Below, piece after piece: positions 1-11,612 of a DNA stretch of 64,000 bases (positions are counted from its first letter, which is position 1; each line of letters starts with the position of its first letter). Both the position numbers and the translations under genes were made by a program. The notes under the pieces are model-generated. The model searched no databases. It had not been told where the DNA came from and was given only the letters and a program-made list of their open reading frames with translations. This DNA comes from Lingula anatina (lineage: Eukaryota; Animalia; Brachiopoda): NCBI GenBank assembly GCA_051362555.1, contig CM120649.1, positions 2,604,001 through 2,668,000 of the forward strand, read 5' to 3'.

Positions 1-1278
1 ATAAATACCAAAATGCATGTCTCAAACACTAATAAATCAACAAAAATGAATCCGTATGATATATGATGTTTATTTATAATTTCAACAGCGAGACACACCC
101 TAAATTCCAATACTTTATCGTACATGGAGACAAATGAAGGTGGTCAGTCTCACGCTGGACACTCGGTGCGAGTCACTGACCTGTGTCCAGCGGACAGCAG
201 TGACCACCAAAAGACAGAAAAATAAGGAGGAATACTTTGGCTCTACTCTCTGCCAGGGTGATATAGATATTATAGGCACATTTTCTACATTGAAAGAGAA
301 CCAAATGACCGTCTTTTGATTTAAAGACATAACGGTATCTGTGAATATCTTGTGAAAAATCAATCTGTGGCCCTGGTAGAGGGTACCACAGACCCAAGTA
401 TTAGAGTTGTCACTTTACCAGGTTTTACACTTACCGAGGTTTGCCACGGTGTATGACTCGATAATCCCAATATAATAATAATAATAATAGTAAATGATGA
501 GTTTGATAATTGGGCTGTGATACTTATTACAATGTAACTATCACTTACGTGCATCCATCAAATTACGCGAGGACTCTCGCTGAATGCAGTCACTTCAACA
601 GCTTAACACGCCTCCTCCCGGCTTTGAATGGAAATACAGAACAGGGAAAAGCTGATGATTATGGAAGTTCGTTGGAAAAAAAGAAAAGGCGTGTTAATCT
701 GTCAATATGATTGCATTCAGCAAGAGTCCCCGTGGCGTTGCATCGATCTATATACATAGACAGATGGGAATAAGTTCTTACACGCTTAAATAACGTTGAT
801 TATGAACAAATAATAGTCCCAGAAAGGACCAAACAGTCAGGATCCTTTGCTCATATGTTGACACCAAAAACGTCTCAATAAAGGCGAGATGTTTGGATAC
901 ATGGTTTCGTTTATTACACTCTTGCAACTGATTATCTATAGGGGCAGACAACGAGGATTTATCTCAAAAGTGGTACCAGTAAAGGCTTGGTGAGCGTTTT
1001 ACAAAGGTTTGTCCTCTTTTGGTTCTTTGTTCTGTTATGTTGCTACTGCCCCCCCCCCCCCCACACACACACACACATGCACGCACAACCACACACACCA
1101 ACTAAGTATTTCGGGTGTAAGTAATCTAAAAATTTGATTTAACGATTTTTGGTCGCCTTTGCAACCCCTACCCAGTACCCAGTTATTAAAAATAATCTTA
1201 GGAAAACTATCAAAGAATCGTCTTGATTTTTTTCTTAATTTTCAAACTGGTCATCTCTCACGCGTGATTATTAATGAG

Positions 1279-2987
1279 CGCATTCAGAACAGTGAACTAA
1301 CAGATCCGCGGATCAAATATGGCCGACCCACTTGAATACTGGTTGCGTAATTCCCGCGGGGTATCTTTTCAGTGGCTAATCGGGAATAAAGGGAACCGGA
1401 GAAGATCAGCATTGGTCAGAATTGTGCCGGAAGTGACGTGCAGTGGTGTTAGAAACGAAGCTGAGTGGTCATTTTAACATAGAGGTGAACGGCAGTGAAG
1501 ACGGGTTGTCGGTGGAAAAAAAAGTTTTCTAAACAACATGGTAAGATAACTCTCTTTTTTTTCGCATTTTGGGCAGAGAAAACTTGTAGAAATAATAAAT
1601 GCATGATATGAAAACATGACACGGAACTTGAAGGTGCAAAATGGTGCTTAATTTGCGGTCAACTTGTTTAGAAATAAATGCTGCGTCGACCGCCAGCGCG
1701 ACAAAAAGCGTAAAGGGGAAATAATTCCCGGGAGTCTATAAATCGTTGTCATGTGGAAATTTGGCATTAATATAATCCGATATGTCCATATCTAAGTATT
1801 TTTGGGTGTTTTATGGTATGGGCTGCAATTACAACGATGTTTTTTTAGAGGTCTTGAAGGACCTTGTGAAAACCAGGAAGTAGTTCGTAACTAACAAGTG
1901 GAATGGACATGTACCGATCTCCGACTGCTGTGCACAGCTGTATCTTTTTTTCAATATATTGACGAATTTTTAGATCTTTATATGTCCATCTGGCATGAAA
2001 TTCCACACACATGATCACACTGATATACCTTTTACACTGGGGAAGGCGCTAATCAGTGACAAATGCCAAGACAAAGGTGACATTCTGACAGCCTCTTATC
2101 TGAGTTAAAAATCACTGACAAAAGAGACTGGCAATCAATTTCCTCAGGCTGGCAATCATTAGCCTATAGAAATTGGTCATGTTACATGTTATCTACCTGT
2201 GAGAATCGTTTTACCAACTGAGTATTGCATAATAATGTCAATTATTAGTACTTTGAGCTAGTCTTAATTACCTGTCAGCTCACCTGAATTCTCTTTTTGT
2301 CTTTTTGGGAAGATCTTGTCAGTGAAATGTTTTATTTGTCCTGTGACAAAAATTCGTCAATATATTGAAAAAAAGATACAGCTGTGCACAGCAGTCGGAG
2401 ATCGGTACATTTCACTTGTTAGTTACGAACTACTTCCTTGTTTTCACAAGGTCCTTCAAGACCTCTAAAACTTCGTTCTAATTGCAGCTCATACACCCCA
2501 AAAATACTTAGATATGGACATATCGGATTATATTAATGCCAAATTTCCACATGGCAACGATTTACAGCCTCCCGGGAATTATTTTCCATTTACACTATTT
2601 GTCGCAATGGCGGTCGATGCAGCATTCATTTTAAAACATGTTGACCGCCAATTAAGCACGATTTTGCACCTTCAAGTTCCGTGTCACGTTTTCATATCAT
2701 GCATTTATTATTTCTACAAGTTTTCTCTGCCCAAAATGCGTAAAGAAAAAGTGTTATCTTACCATGTTGTTTAGAAAACTTTTTTTTCCTCCTACAACCC
2801 GTCTTCACTGCCGTTCACCTCTATGTTAAAATGACCACTCAGCTTCGTTTCTAACACCACTGCACGTCACTTCCGGCACAATTCTGACCAATGCTGATCT
2901 TCTCCGGTTCCCTTTATTAAGCGACAAGTTTTTAAGTGGGTCGTCATATTTGATCTGCAGATCTGTTATTTCGCTATTCTAAATGCG
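1279..2987. repeat. Foldback element: ~650-690-bp inverted arms around a ~375-bp spacer
   Basis: 1279-1971 is the reverse complement of 2348-2987 with few mismatches or indels. Confidence 0.9.
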
Positions 2988-3708
2988 ACCAATCTTGTAT
3001 ATTGCATAATAGGACAGGATTCATGTTTGTCTGTCTGCTGTCCCAGACAAGATGTTAAAATACAACATTCCTTTCATTTAATAACGCAGTGCGTGCAAAG
3101 AATTTAAGTACCCAAAGAAAAATTGATGAGTATTAGACTCGAAGATAAATGATATGCTAGTAACATAAGACACAATAATTCTGACCAAGCTCGCTAATTC
3201 TTAATATCTATAAACATGTATATTTGATAAACCAACATGCCATCGTTAATTCATAAAAATTGTTATTTTTTAAAACAACTATCTAAGAATTCAGGTGCTT
3301 TTTAGATGAACAAAGATACGTGTAGGAGGAGATGTGATATTTTCCTGTTATAGACCCCGAAGTCGAGGTGTGTACGTGCGTCTGTACATACCCTGTATCT
3401 GTGTATGGGGGGTCTTTATGTCAGCGTTTATGTTGACAAGTTTCGTCACATCCTTCCACTGACTACTTCCAAGTTTGAAAAAGAATTTAGATTTCATTCG
3501 TAACAATCTCTGGCAAGTGAGATCTTTTTTTATATGAGGAATACTCCATAGCAAACGGTTCCCAAAATCCACACCTTTTTATGGAAAATCCCACCCCCCT
3601 CGCCATCAACCAAATTCCTAACTTAAATAAATCAAAGGTTTTAAGTGCACGGATGTATGTTTACAGATGTATACTGATCAGTATCATCCGCCGAAGTGAT
3701 GTTTACTG

Positions 3709-3721
3709 AGGTCAAAGGTCA
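3709..3721 (+). promoter_or_regulatory. Perfect DR1 nuclear-receptor element AGGTCAAAGGTCA
   Basis: Exact consensus 2.26 kb upstream of the paralog 1 ATG. Function untested. Confidence 0.35.
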
Positions 3722-4174
3722 CATTCCTCGCCAGCAGACGACACCCGAAGGCACAATACGTGCGCATTCCGCTGTGCAGCGTTGTCTCCAGTCAAACTGA
3801 CGAAAGATTCAGCCCTCGAATAAATTCTTTCTTTGAGAAGAAACATGATGGCTGATCTAGAGGGACCAGCGGAGGTAAAACGAGCAAGTGTCCTTCCTTA
3901 ACTACAAAGATATTTCTTCTCCCTCTCTCCCCCTCACTCCCTCCCCCCCCCCCCCCCTCAAAAAACAGCGTAGTGAATCAAGACAAGACAAAACAATATC
4001 CCCACTCTTGTGTGTCATCTGTATCTCTGGTCAGGTATTATTTTTATCCTTACGCCCCCCTCCCGGTCGCCTTACAAAATGCTAGATTCACTTGTAGAAC
4101 TCATCCCCAATATTCAACCACAAATTTCACTGTCCTGAGGGGTTCGCTGTTGCTACATGTACCGGTATTACACC

Positions 4175-4336
4175 TACCCTCTACCAGGGCGAGTGATAGA
4201 TTTTTTACAGACATTCACAGATATGTCTCTAGCTAGACAGATGTTCATTTTCAAGTCAAAAATGAACATCTATCTAGCTAGAGACATATCTGTGAATATC
4301 TGTATAAAAATCTATCACTCGCCCTGGTAGAGGGTA
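4175..4336. mobile_element. Palindromic MITE with TA-CCC...GGG-TA ends
   Basis: About 78-bp arms taccctctaccagggcgagtgataga...; a related right end gccctggtagagggta is at ~369-385. Confidence 0.8.
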
Positions 4337-5976
4337 TAGTACACCCATGTCGTTTCCAAATGCGCTGATGGAAGAGGTTAAATGAAAAATAAAAGAAAAT
4401 ATTAAGTGAAATGGTCGACAAAATGCATTAAATCACAGGGATATGACCGAAAGTAAAAGCAGACGAATACAATAGTTATTTAAATGGGGAAGAGGATAGA
4501 CACACTCACACAAACTGTGTCTCACATCTTTTGTTTTGTGACTAAACACGCTATGCTACTTGTCATCTTTATGGATGTCAAGAAAACTGACAGAATAGTG
4601 AAAAATGAGTGATCCTTTTTCTGAAGTATTTGTTGCTATTTTAGGCATTTTTTGCATATTTAGTGGTTAATACTATACTTTAATGTTTTTACAGCATATT
4701 TTGTATGCTGTAAATACATAGATATCGACTGTGGATAAAAAGAGATGCGTGATCCTTCTGTATATGATTTTGTACACAAACGCAATTGCATGTTGCAGCA
4801 TAATAAATGGTCATCTCTCATAGGATCTCATACATTATGTTAAAATGGATGTAAAAGGAAAGAACACCCCCCCCCCCCTCCGCCCCTACAAGTTGTGGTG
4901 TAAAGATGTATGCATTCCCGTCACAACCTGCTCCACGGGAATTGCGTTTTATAGAACGGCAGCAATTGGCACAACTACCGCAATCCAATGTCTTCAGGAC
5001 ACAGGCGGCATGCATTCACGGAATCTCCCATGGAAAAATACTACGAAAGATGGTCTGGATTGAATTACAGATGAACTCAAAAAAAAAATGGATAGACTTT
5101 CGAATATATTTCTGGATTGGTTTATTAATTGGTCATTATAACGACCAGAAATGCTACATCACATTTGATGAAAAGTGAAACTGCTTTTTTCCAAAGTCAC
5201 GAGACCAAGAGTGGTGCAGTGTTATGTAGGCCACAAAAGACATTGATGTATGACATGCAGACTGTATGCATTTCACGTTTGCTAAGCAATTGTATCTCTT
5301 TTTTATCTGACATAGGTAAGTTCGTTTCAGTTCATTTCCTTGGGAAAAAGAGCTTTTCGCAGCAGCATTCACGCAATGAGAAAGTTAGGGGAAAACAGGT
5401 AATTTAGGTGCACAGGAAACACATTTTATAAACCTGACTCCGCTAATCCTCAATCTCTGCGATTAAGACTGGCGTTGTCGAAAAACAGCAGAGGTGAATA
5501 AGCAAATAAAGGAATGAATGAAAAGAGAGCAAAGGAGGCGTACCACTTCAAGTTCAACTCAGATGAACTGAATGGCATATTTATTTATTCGTATACATGC
5601 TATTGTTAAACCTTAAATAGTACAGAATGCAAGTTATTCGAGGATATACGGGGACACAAGGCCCTGTAAACAATGCTAAACAATACCGTTTCATGTCACG
5701 TGCTCGGCTCCAGTTATCGATCGATATAAGACATATAATGAACAAGAACAGTGAAAGAGGAACAGACTACCCAGATGGCCTATCGAACGGTTTTGAAGGT
5801 GAAGGTTACATGAGTGCATTAAGAAGACTGTGCTTAAGGAGTAAACCGGTCCTGCTGTATACCTGTGTCGCCTGCAGCTGTTAGAAGCGGAGCTACACAT
5901 CTACCCGGCGTAACAGATAATCTGCTCCACATAACAAAAAAGCAGCAGTACCAGCATCGTCGTCGTTTCGAGAATA

Positions 5977-6623
5977 ATGTCTGCTTTGTTTGATTCCGAT
6001 TTCAACCTCGGCGGTTTCTTCAGTCTAGGATCAGCATACAGTGTGTACAGTAAACCTCGCAGTAACTCTGTAGACAGCTTTGACAATGATTGTTCCCCAC
6101 ACAACGCTGTGCGTTATCTCCATCCTCCAGTGCAGCAAACAAACAAGGAAGGTCAGCAACCTCGACATAGCAAGGATACAGAGAATATAGAATGTGAGGC
6201 CGGCAACGGGGAAGGGACTGTATATCATACGACAAGTGCAGATTCCGAGGACATAGACAGAGGGTGGGCTTGGGCTGTACTGGTAGCGTCTTTCCTCTGC
6301 AACTGCATCAACATCGGCATTAATAATTCTGTCGGCGTGTACAACGCCGAGTTCTTGATTCAGTTTCCCGATGAGACGCGAAGTTACGTTTCTCTGGCCG
6401 GCAGCTTGCAGAACTCGGTTTGTGGTCTGACAGGTCTGGTGAGCGGCATCATCGCCAATAAGTACAGTTGTAGGACAAGTATTTTGTTGGGCGCCATTAT
6501 TTCTTCGCTTGGCTTCATTGGTACCGCTTTTGCGACAAATGTGCCGGAGATTATATTAACATTTGGATTTGTTGTTGGTAATGTTGAATCTCTCTCTCAC
6601 ACACTTTCTTTCACTCTCTCCCT

Positions 6624-6668
<45 letters not shown>

Positions 6669-9600
6669 GACTTCACAGTCCTGGAAAGCGATTTTAGAGC
6701 GGACTACTGAACCTTAAGTTTATCGCTACGCTTCCTTACGTAATATTACCTGCAGTACCTTCAGTAACTTCTGCACAGTTAACCCGAGTTTTGTTTACCT
6801 TGGAGATTAAGAGTTAATATTGTAAACATGAAGTTGCATAACCGGTCTGGACCAGCGTCTTGGTGAATATACATACAGGTCGACTTTAAGCAACCGATGG
6901 GGTGATAGATTTTAGCAGGTAGAGAGAAATTTTTTTTTTAAATGAAACTGGCTTTTTTTTACCGCCTTGCACTTTCTCTGCGCAATGTTTAAGTGAGAAT
7001 TTATTAATAACTTTGACTCGAGGTATGAGATCACGTTATTCGCACTGAAAATTAATACGTTGCCTTGGCTTTGCATCATTTTGGATAAGTTTTTTTTTTT
7101 CTTAATTTTTCTGGATAATACGTGTGTTTTGTATGCGTGTAAACCAAGCAATCATGCATCCATCGTCTGTCTCTCTACCAATATATATCTTGTAATGTCT
7201 TACATTACATTTTTTTTCTTGGAGATGATAGATTTTTGGCGATAATAAGTCCTAATTCTATTCAGAATAGGGGTGTGGCGGGTGACGCTGCTCTTTCTTA
7301 ACCCTGCAAGTTATTCCAAAATGTTGCATATGATAATTTCATATATTTATCTGCTAAATATGTTTTCTTGGCCTGATCTATATTACCCTAGATTCCAGAT
7401 TTCGGTATTGCCAGCATGATCTTAAATTTCTTATATTACCCGCATCACTAGTGCCGATCCACAAATCTTACCAGACACTCAAACAGCTGTAAGTTGAAAA
7501 CGGAGCTGATGGTATGATACATTCCAGCAGATAATTTAATACTAAGACAAAGTTTCTTGAGTTGACAGTTTTTCATGGCACTGACTTTGGTGTAAACCTT
7601 CGCCCTAAAGTCATAAACAGGAACGAAGATTTTGGCCTTTTCGTCTACCCTTGAGCGTTTCAAGATGTGTAACAGTAAATTTTAAGAAATGCTAAGAATT
7701 TTTTTCTTAATCAAATACTGGTTCAGTCATCTATCCACTGTAAGTAAAACTGTCTTTCTTTGACTGGGTTCCCACACCTAGATCGATCTAACTGGATCGA
7801 TCCATCTCCAAGGGGTTTCTCGCTAACTTGTTAATCTTAAGCGGCTTAAATGCTAAACATTAACTTATTACCCCCTATCATCTTCAGTGGGCATGACAGA
7901 CATCTAAGCTGCTTAAATAAATTGCAATTTAGCGAGAATCTCCTCGGAGATAGATCGATCCACAGTTGGTACGATATGGTCTGGGGATGGTCAATATATT
8001 TGGCAAAGGTCAACAGGGCGCCCTTCTGTGCTTTGCCAGTAGCCGCTATTTTTGGTATGGCGTCAGCTTTCTTCACCACGTGGATAAAGAGCAGGCAGTG
8101 TTTTGCATTTTAGAGGTCTCAGATGTTGTTAAGAAGTTTTTTTGTATGAAAGGAGATTGGAGAACAGTAGTAGGACGTCGGTTTCAGAATGTGAAAGGCG
8201 AATTCGCACTAACCTACACCGGAAAATAAATTACCAGAGATTGTCATTTAACAGTAGGCCTACAGGATGTATAAAGTATACGTTTGACGAAATTCTGGGT
8301 TATAGTAAATATTTTTTGAAAAAAAGATCAGAGTGTATGGTAGATTGAACTATCTCTGCGATTATTTTACGACGTCTTACATAGTATTTTTACTTTATCT
8401 GCAACGAAAATCCATTTTCTTCGCAGGGTTTGGTACCGGCCTCGTTTACACGGCTACATCAGTATGTGTTGGTCAATATTTCCACAAGAGAAGACCTATG
8501 GCTCTTGGTATTGCTACGGCGGGTATGGCCCTGGGACAGTTCATGTGTCCACCTCTGTTCCAATTTCTCATAGACACATACTCATGGCGAGGATCTGCAT
8601 TCATAATCGCAGGATTATGTCTGAATAATTGCGTCTTTGGAACTATCATGCGACCTTTAAGAGAAACACACAGAGACACAGACGAAGCGGCGTGCCCAGA
8701 AAACGAACGCCGCGCACAAATAGCCAAAGCCAACGAAGCTTCCATAAACGACGCCAAAGGCCGCCTGAATGTACCAGTGCATATAGATAACGATATAAGC
8801 CTAGATACGACAGCAACGCCAAACGGAATACACCGTAATTCAAATGACTCAGTACCAGGCAGCCACACTAGCATACATCGCTTTCGTCAAGAGAACAGTC
8901 ACAGGATGGCAGGGCGTGACAATATCTTAAAGACGGAGCCAAGACATAGAAGCCTGGGCGTGTCCTCTTTTCTTAGTGTTTCAATTGGAGCTTTCGGAAG
9001 CATGACGTCGAACATTTCTCAACATTTTGTTTCAAATAATCAGCTCAGTGAGGCAGTAGAGAGAAACAAGCCAAGTTGCATGGATTACGTAAAGTCTATT
9101 TTGGACATTCATCCCTTAAAAAACCCGGAGTTTATTTGTTTTGGTATATCGGTGTTGTTTTGGGCCGCTCAGGTGCTGACATGCGGCCTCCACCTTATAG
9201 CCTACACTCTACAGCACGGAACCACCCCTATTCAAGGCGCCATCTTGTTGTCGGTGTTTGGCGCGGGAAACTTTTTCAGTCGTCTCCTCGCCGGGGCCGC
9301 TACCAACGACAAAGCGCACGTAGATCAAGTGACCCTTGGCGCAGGCGTCATGGGAATAACAGCCCTGTTGTTGTTCTGTTTTCCAGCACTAGTCCACAGC
9401 TATTGGTCCCAAGTCTTGTTCGCGGCTCTCTATGGTGTTTACTCAACAATCCTTATACCTCTATTGGCACCAATGACGGTTGAGACTGTTGGATTGTCAT
9501 CGCTGGGAGCTGGGTTCGGGTATTTGATGGTGATGAGCGGCACCGGATGTGCGATTGGTCCTCCATTGGCTGGTAATAGATGCAAACGCATGCTTATACA

Positions 9601-10860
9601 CACAACAAAATACATAAGAACACGTGCAATGTCGTTAGCCGGTATAACGTGACTGATGCTCCGTGTAACAGAAAGTCCGCCTTCCTTTTAGTTATAATGG
9701 TTAGTGTTAGCCTGACCTAAGTGGGTCAAAATCTAGGGCGAGGCTTACCCGCATAAATGAATGGAAAGCGGACTCTCTATCAAGGGGAACTCTCTGTTAA
9801 GTTACACCGGCAGTCGTACTCGCACGCGCATGCATGCTTAGAAGACAACACATTCTTCTCATCGCAACTAACACACTCTGCAATTTTCATTTGCCATTCA
9901 CTTCTCTCTATTTACGTTTTCTATCATGACAGAACCTAGCACCTTCGCTTTTAGATAACCCTACTTCATACGAATATCACTGGTCTTCTGATCAAAGATA
10001 AATTAATCGTTTAATCTGCCATGTTAGCGAAGGCTGATAAGTATGCGAACATTAGCTGTCACAAACGTGATGCACAAACACGTGTGATAACTCCTCCTGT
10101 TTGCCAAGCAGGTCGTAGCATTAACCTTCTCCTTTTTAATCTTCTTACATTTTACAAACCTACATTCTGTAAGCCAGTGCAGTCCGCCGCAGATTCTATT
10201 AGGTCTGCTTTCTTTTTGAGTTAAACCATGCGCTTAATGTTAAATTGTATACAAATATTTTCTTTTTTCCAGGTTTTATTTATGATCACACTAAAGATTA
10301 TTCGTACTCGTTCTACTTTGCCGGTGAGTATTGTCACTGTCCGATTTTGCTGAAGAGATTGTGGCGCAGTTTATTCTGCTTCGCGTTGTGTAGGGCATGG
10401 GTATGTTTTTTTGGAGGGGGGTATCTCTGGAGCTAAGGGTATCTCTGGAGCTAAGGTGTGCTCTCCTTTACTCTGTCGTTCTGCGTTAAATAGATTATGA
10501 TTCATGACACTGTCATTGGTTTTAATACTGTAATGGATGTCTATGTTTGAACTTCGTTTTCTTATAATAATGTATGTGCATATATCAAAATAAAATAAAT
10601 TTTAAGTTTGTCGTTAAAAAAGGGAAATTGCAGGTAGATTAAATCCACTGTAGTATTCCACAAATCATTGTTGTCTCGTCAAAATAAAAGAGCGTTAACA
10701 TGATTGTTGTAACATGTGCTGAGTCGATTCAAGGTTAAAATTTAATTTGCATTTAATATTTTCAGGGGCTTTATCTATGGGCAGCTCCATCATGCTATTA
10801 GCGATACCCATCCTCAAAAGCAGGCGCCTCAAAACTGAGAGTGACGTGACGTCAGCTTAG
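5977..10860 (+). CDS. SLC16/monocarboxylate transporter family MFS protein, paralog 1 (4 exons, ~630 aa)
   Basis: Exons 5977-6577, 8427-9572, 10273-10323, 10766-10860 with GT/AG boundaries. The joined length of 1893 nt is in frame. Motifs: DRGWAW before TM1, YFHKRRPMALGIA, YSWRGS, GPPLAGFIYD. Confidence 0.9.
6631..6667. repeat. (CT)n microsatellite; other simple repeats at 33431-33452 (GA), 47747-47780 (CA), 50081-50120 (ATT), 50353-50385 (TA), 53973-54005 (CA)
   Basis: Read directly from the sequence. Confidence 0.9.
7762..7992. mobile_element. Imperfect palindromic MITE in intron 1 of paralog 1; the family recurs at ~54899-55144, 56091-56336 and 57396-57641
   Basis: ttccca(c/t)acctagatcgatctaac...ggtctgggga(a)t with internal inverted symmetry; four copies in the window. 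Confidence 0.7.
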
Positions 10861-11612
10861 AGTTTTCGTGACGTCAGTTTGAGGGACCGTGTTATGCGAG
10901 GCGCGTGCCTGGGCGTCCTCGTATATTCTATTCTTATGCGACGTTTAAATGTAATTACATAGTCACCAAGCTGTTTACTCTCATCTGTATGGGACAAAAA
11001 CATACTGCGCACATTAACCATATGGACCTCAACATTAAACTGAAAAATGACAAAATTATTGAGTAAAATTGAGCGGTATAAAGTGTTCATTATTTTGTTA
11101 ATATTTGAAAGTTACATAAAACGTGTGTTTAAAAGATTTGTTCAGTTTTGTCTTCTCTATCAGTTCTAAGCATCTGTAGCCTACGTTAACGATCCTTGTT
11201 AAGATTAATTTCCTAAGTCCGCGGACGTGGAAGCAATTTTGTTCCCTGTGTGACAGCACTGGAAGAACTAGGATTGCAGGTCCCAGTGCCCTTGCGATAA
11301 TATTACTGTAGTACAAGTTAGGGTAATCCATAGGCACCAAGGTCAGTATCTGGGGACGAATGGGTTAGCCATCAGTATTATATCCAGTAGGCCTTAATAT
11401 AATGGGACGGGTGTTACCTATACAAAGTAACGTGAAAATCACTGCCGTTCCTAGCTGACTACCATTCCTGTCACTTCGGTTGATTAAGCGTACCATACAG
11501 CCTTCCCGACTCCAGCAATTTTATAACACGTCAAACACGGCAGTACTAGAGAAAAAAAGATCAGCATAGATTCCTTCAAGATAGTTTCATTGGTGCAAGG
11601 CCCAAACAAGTT

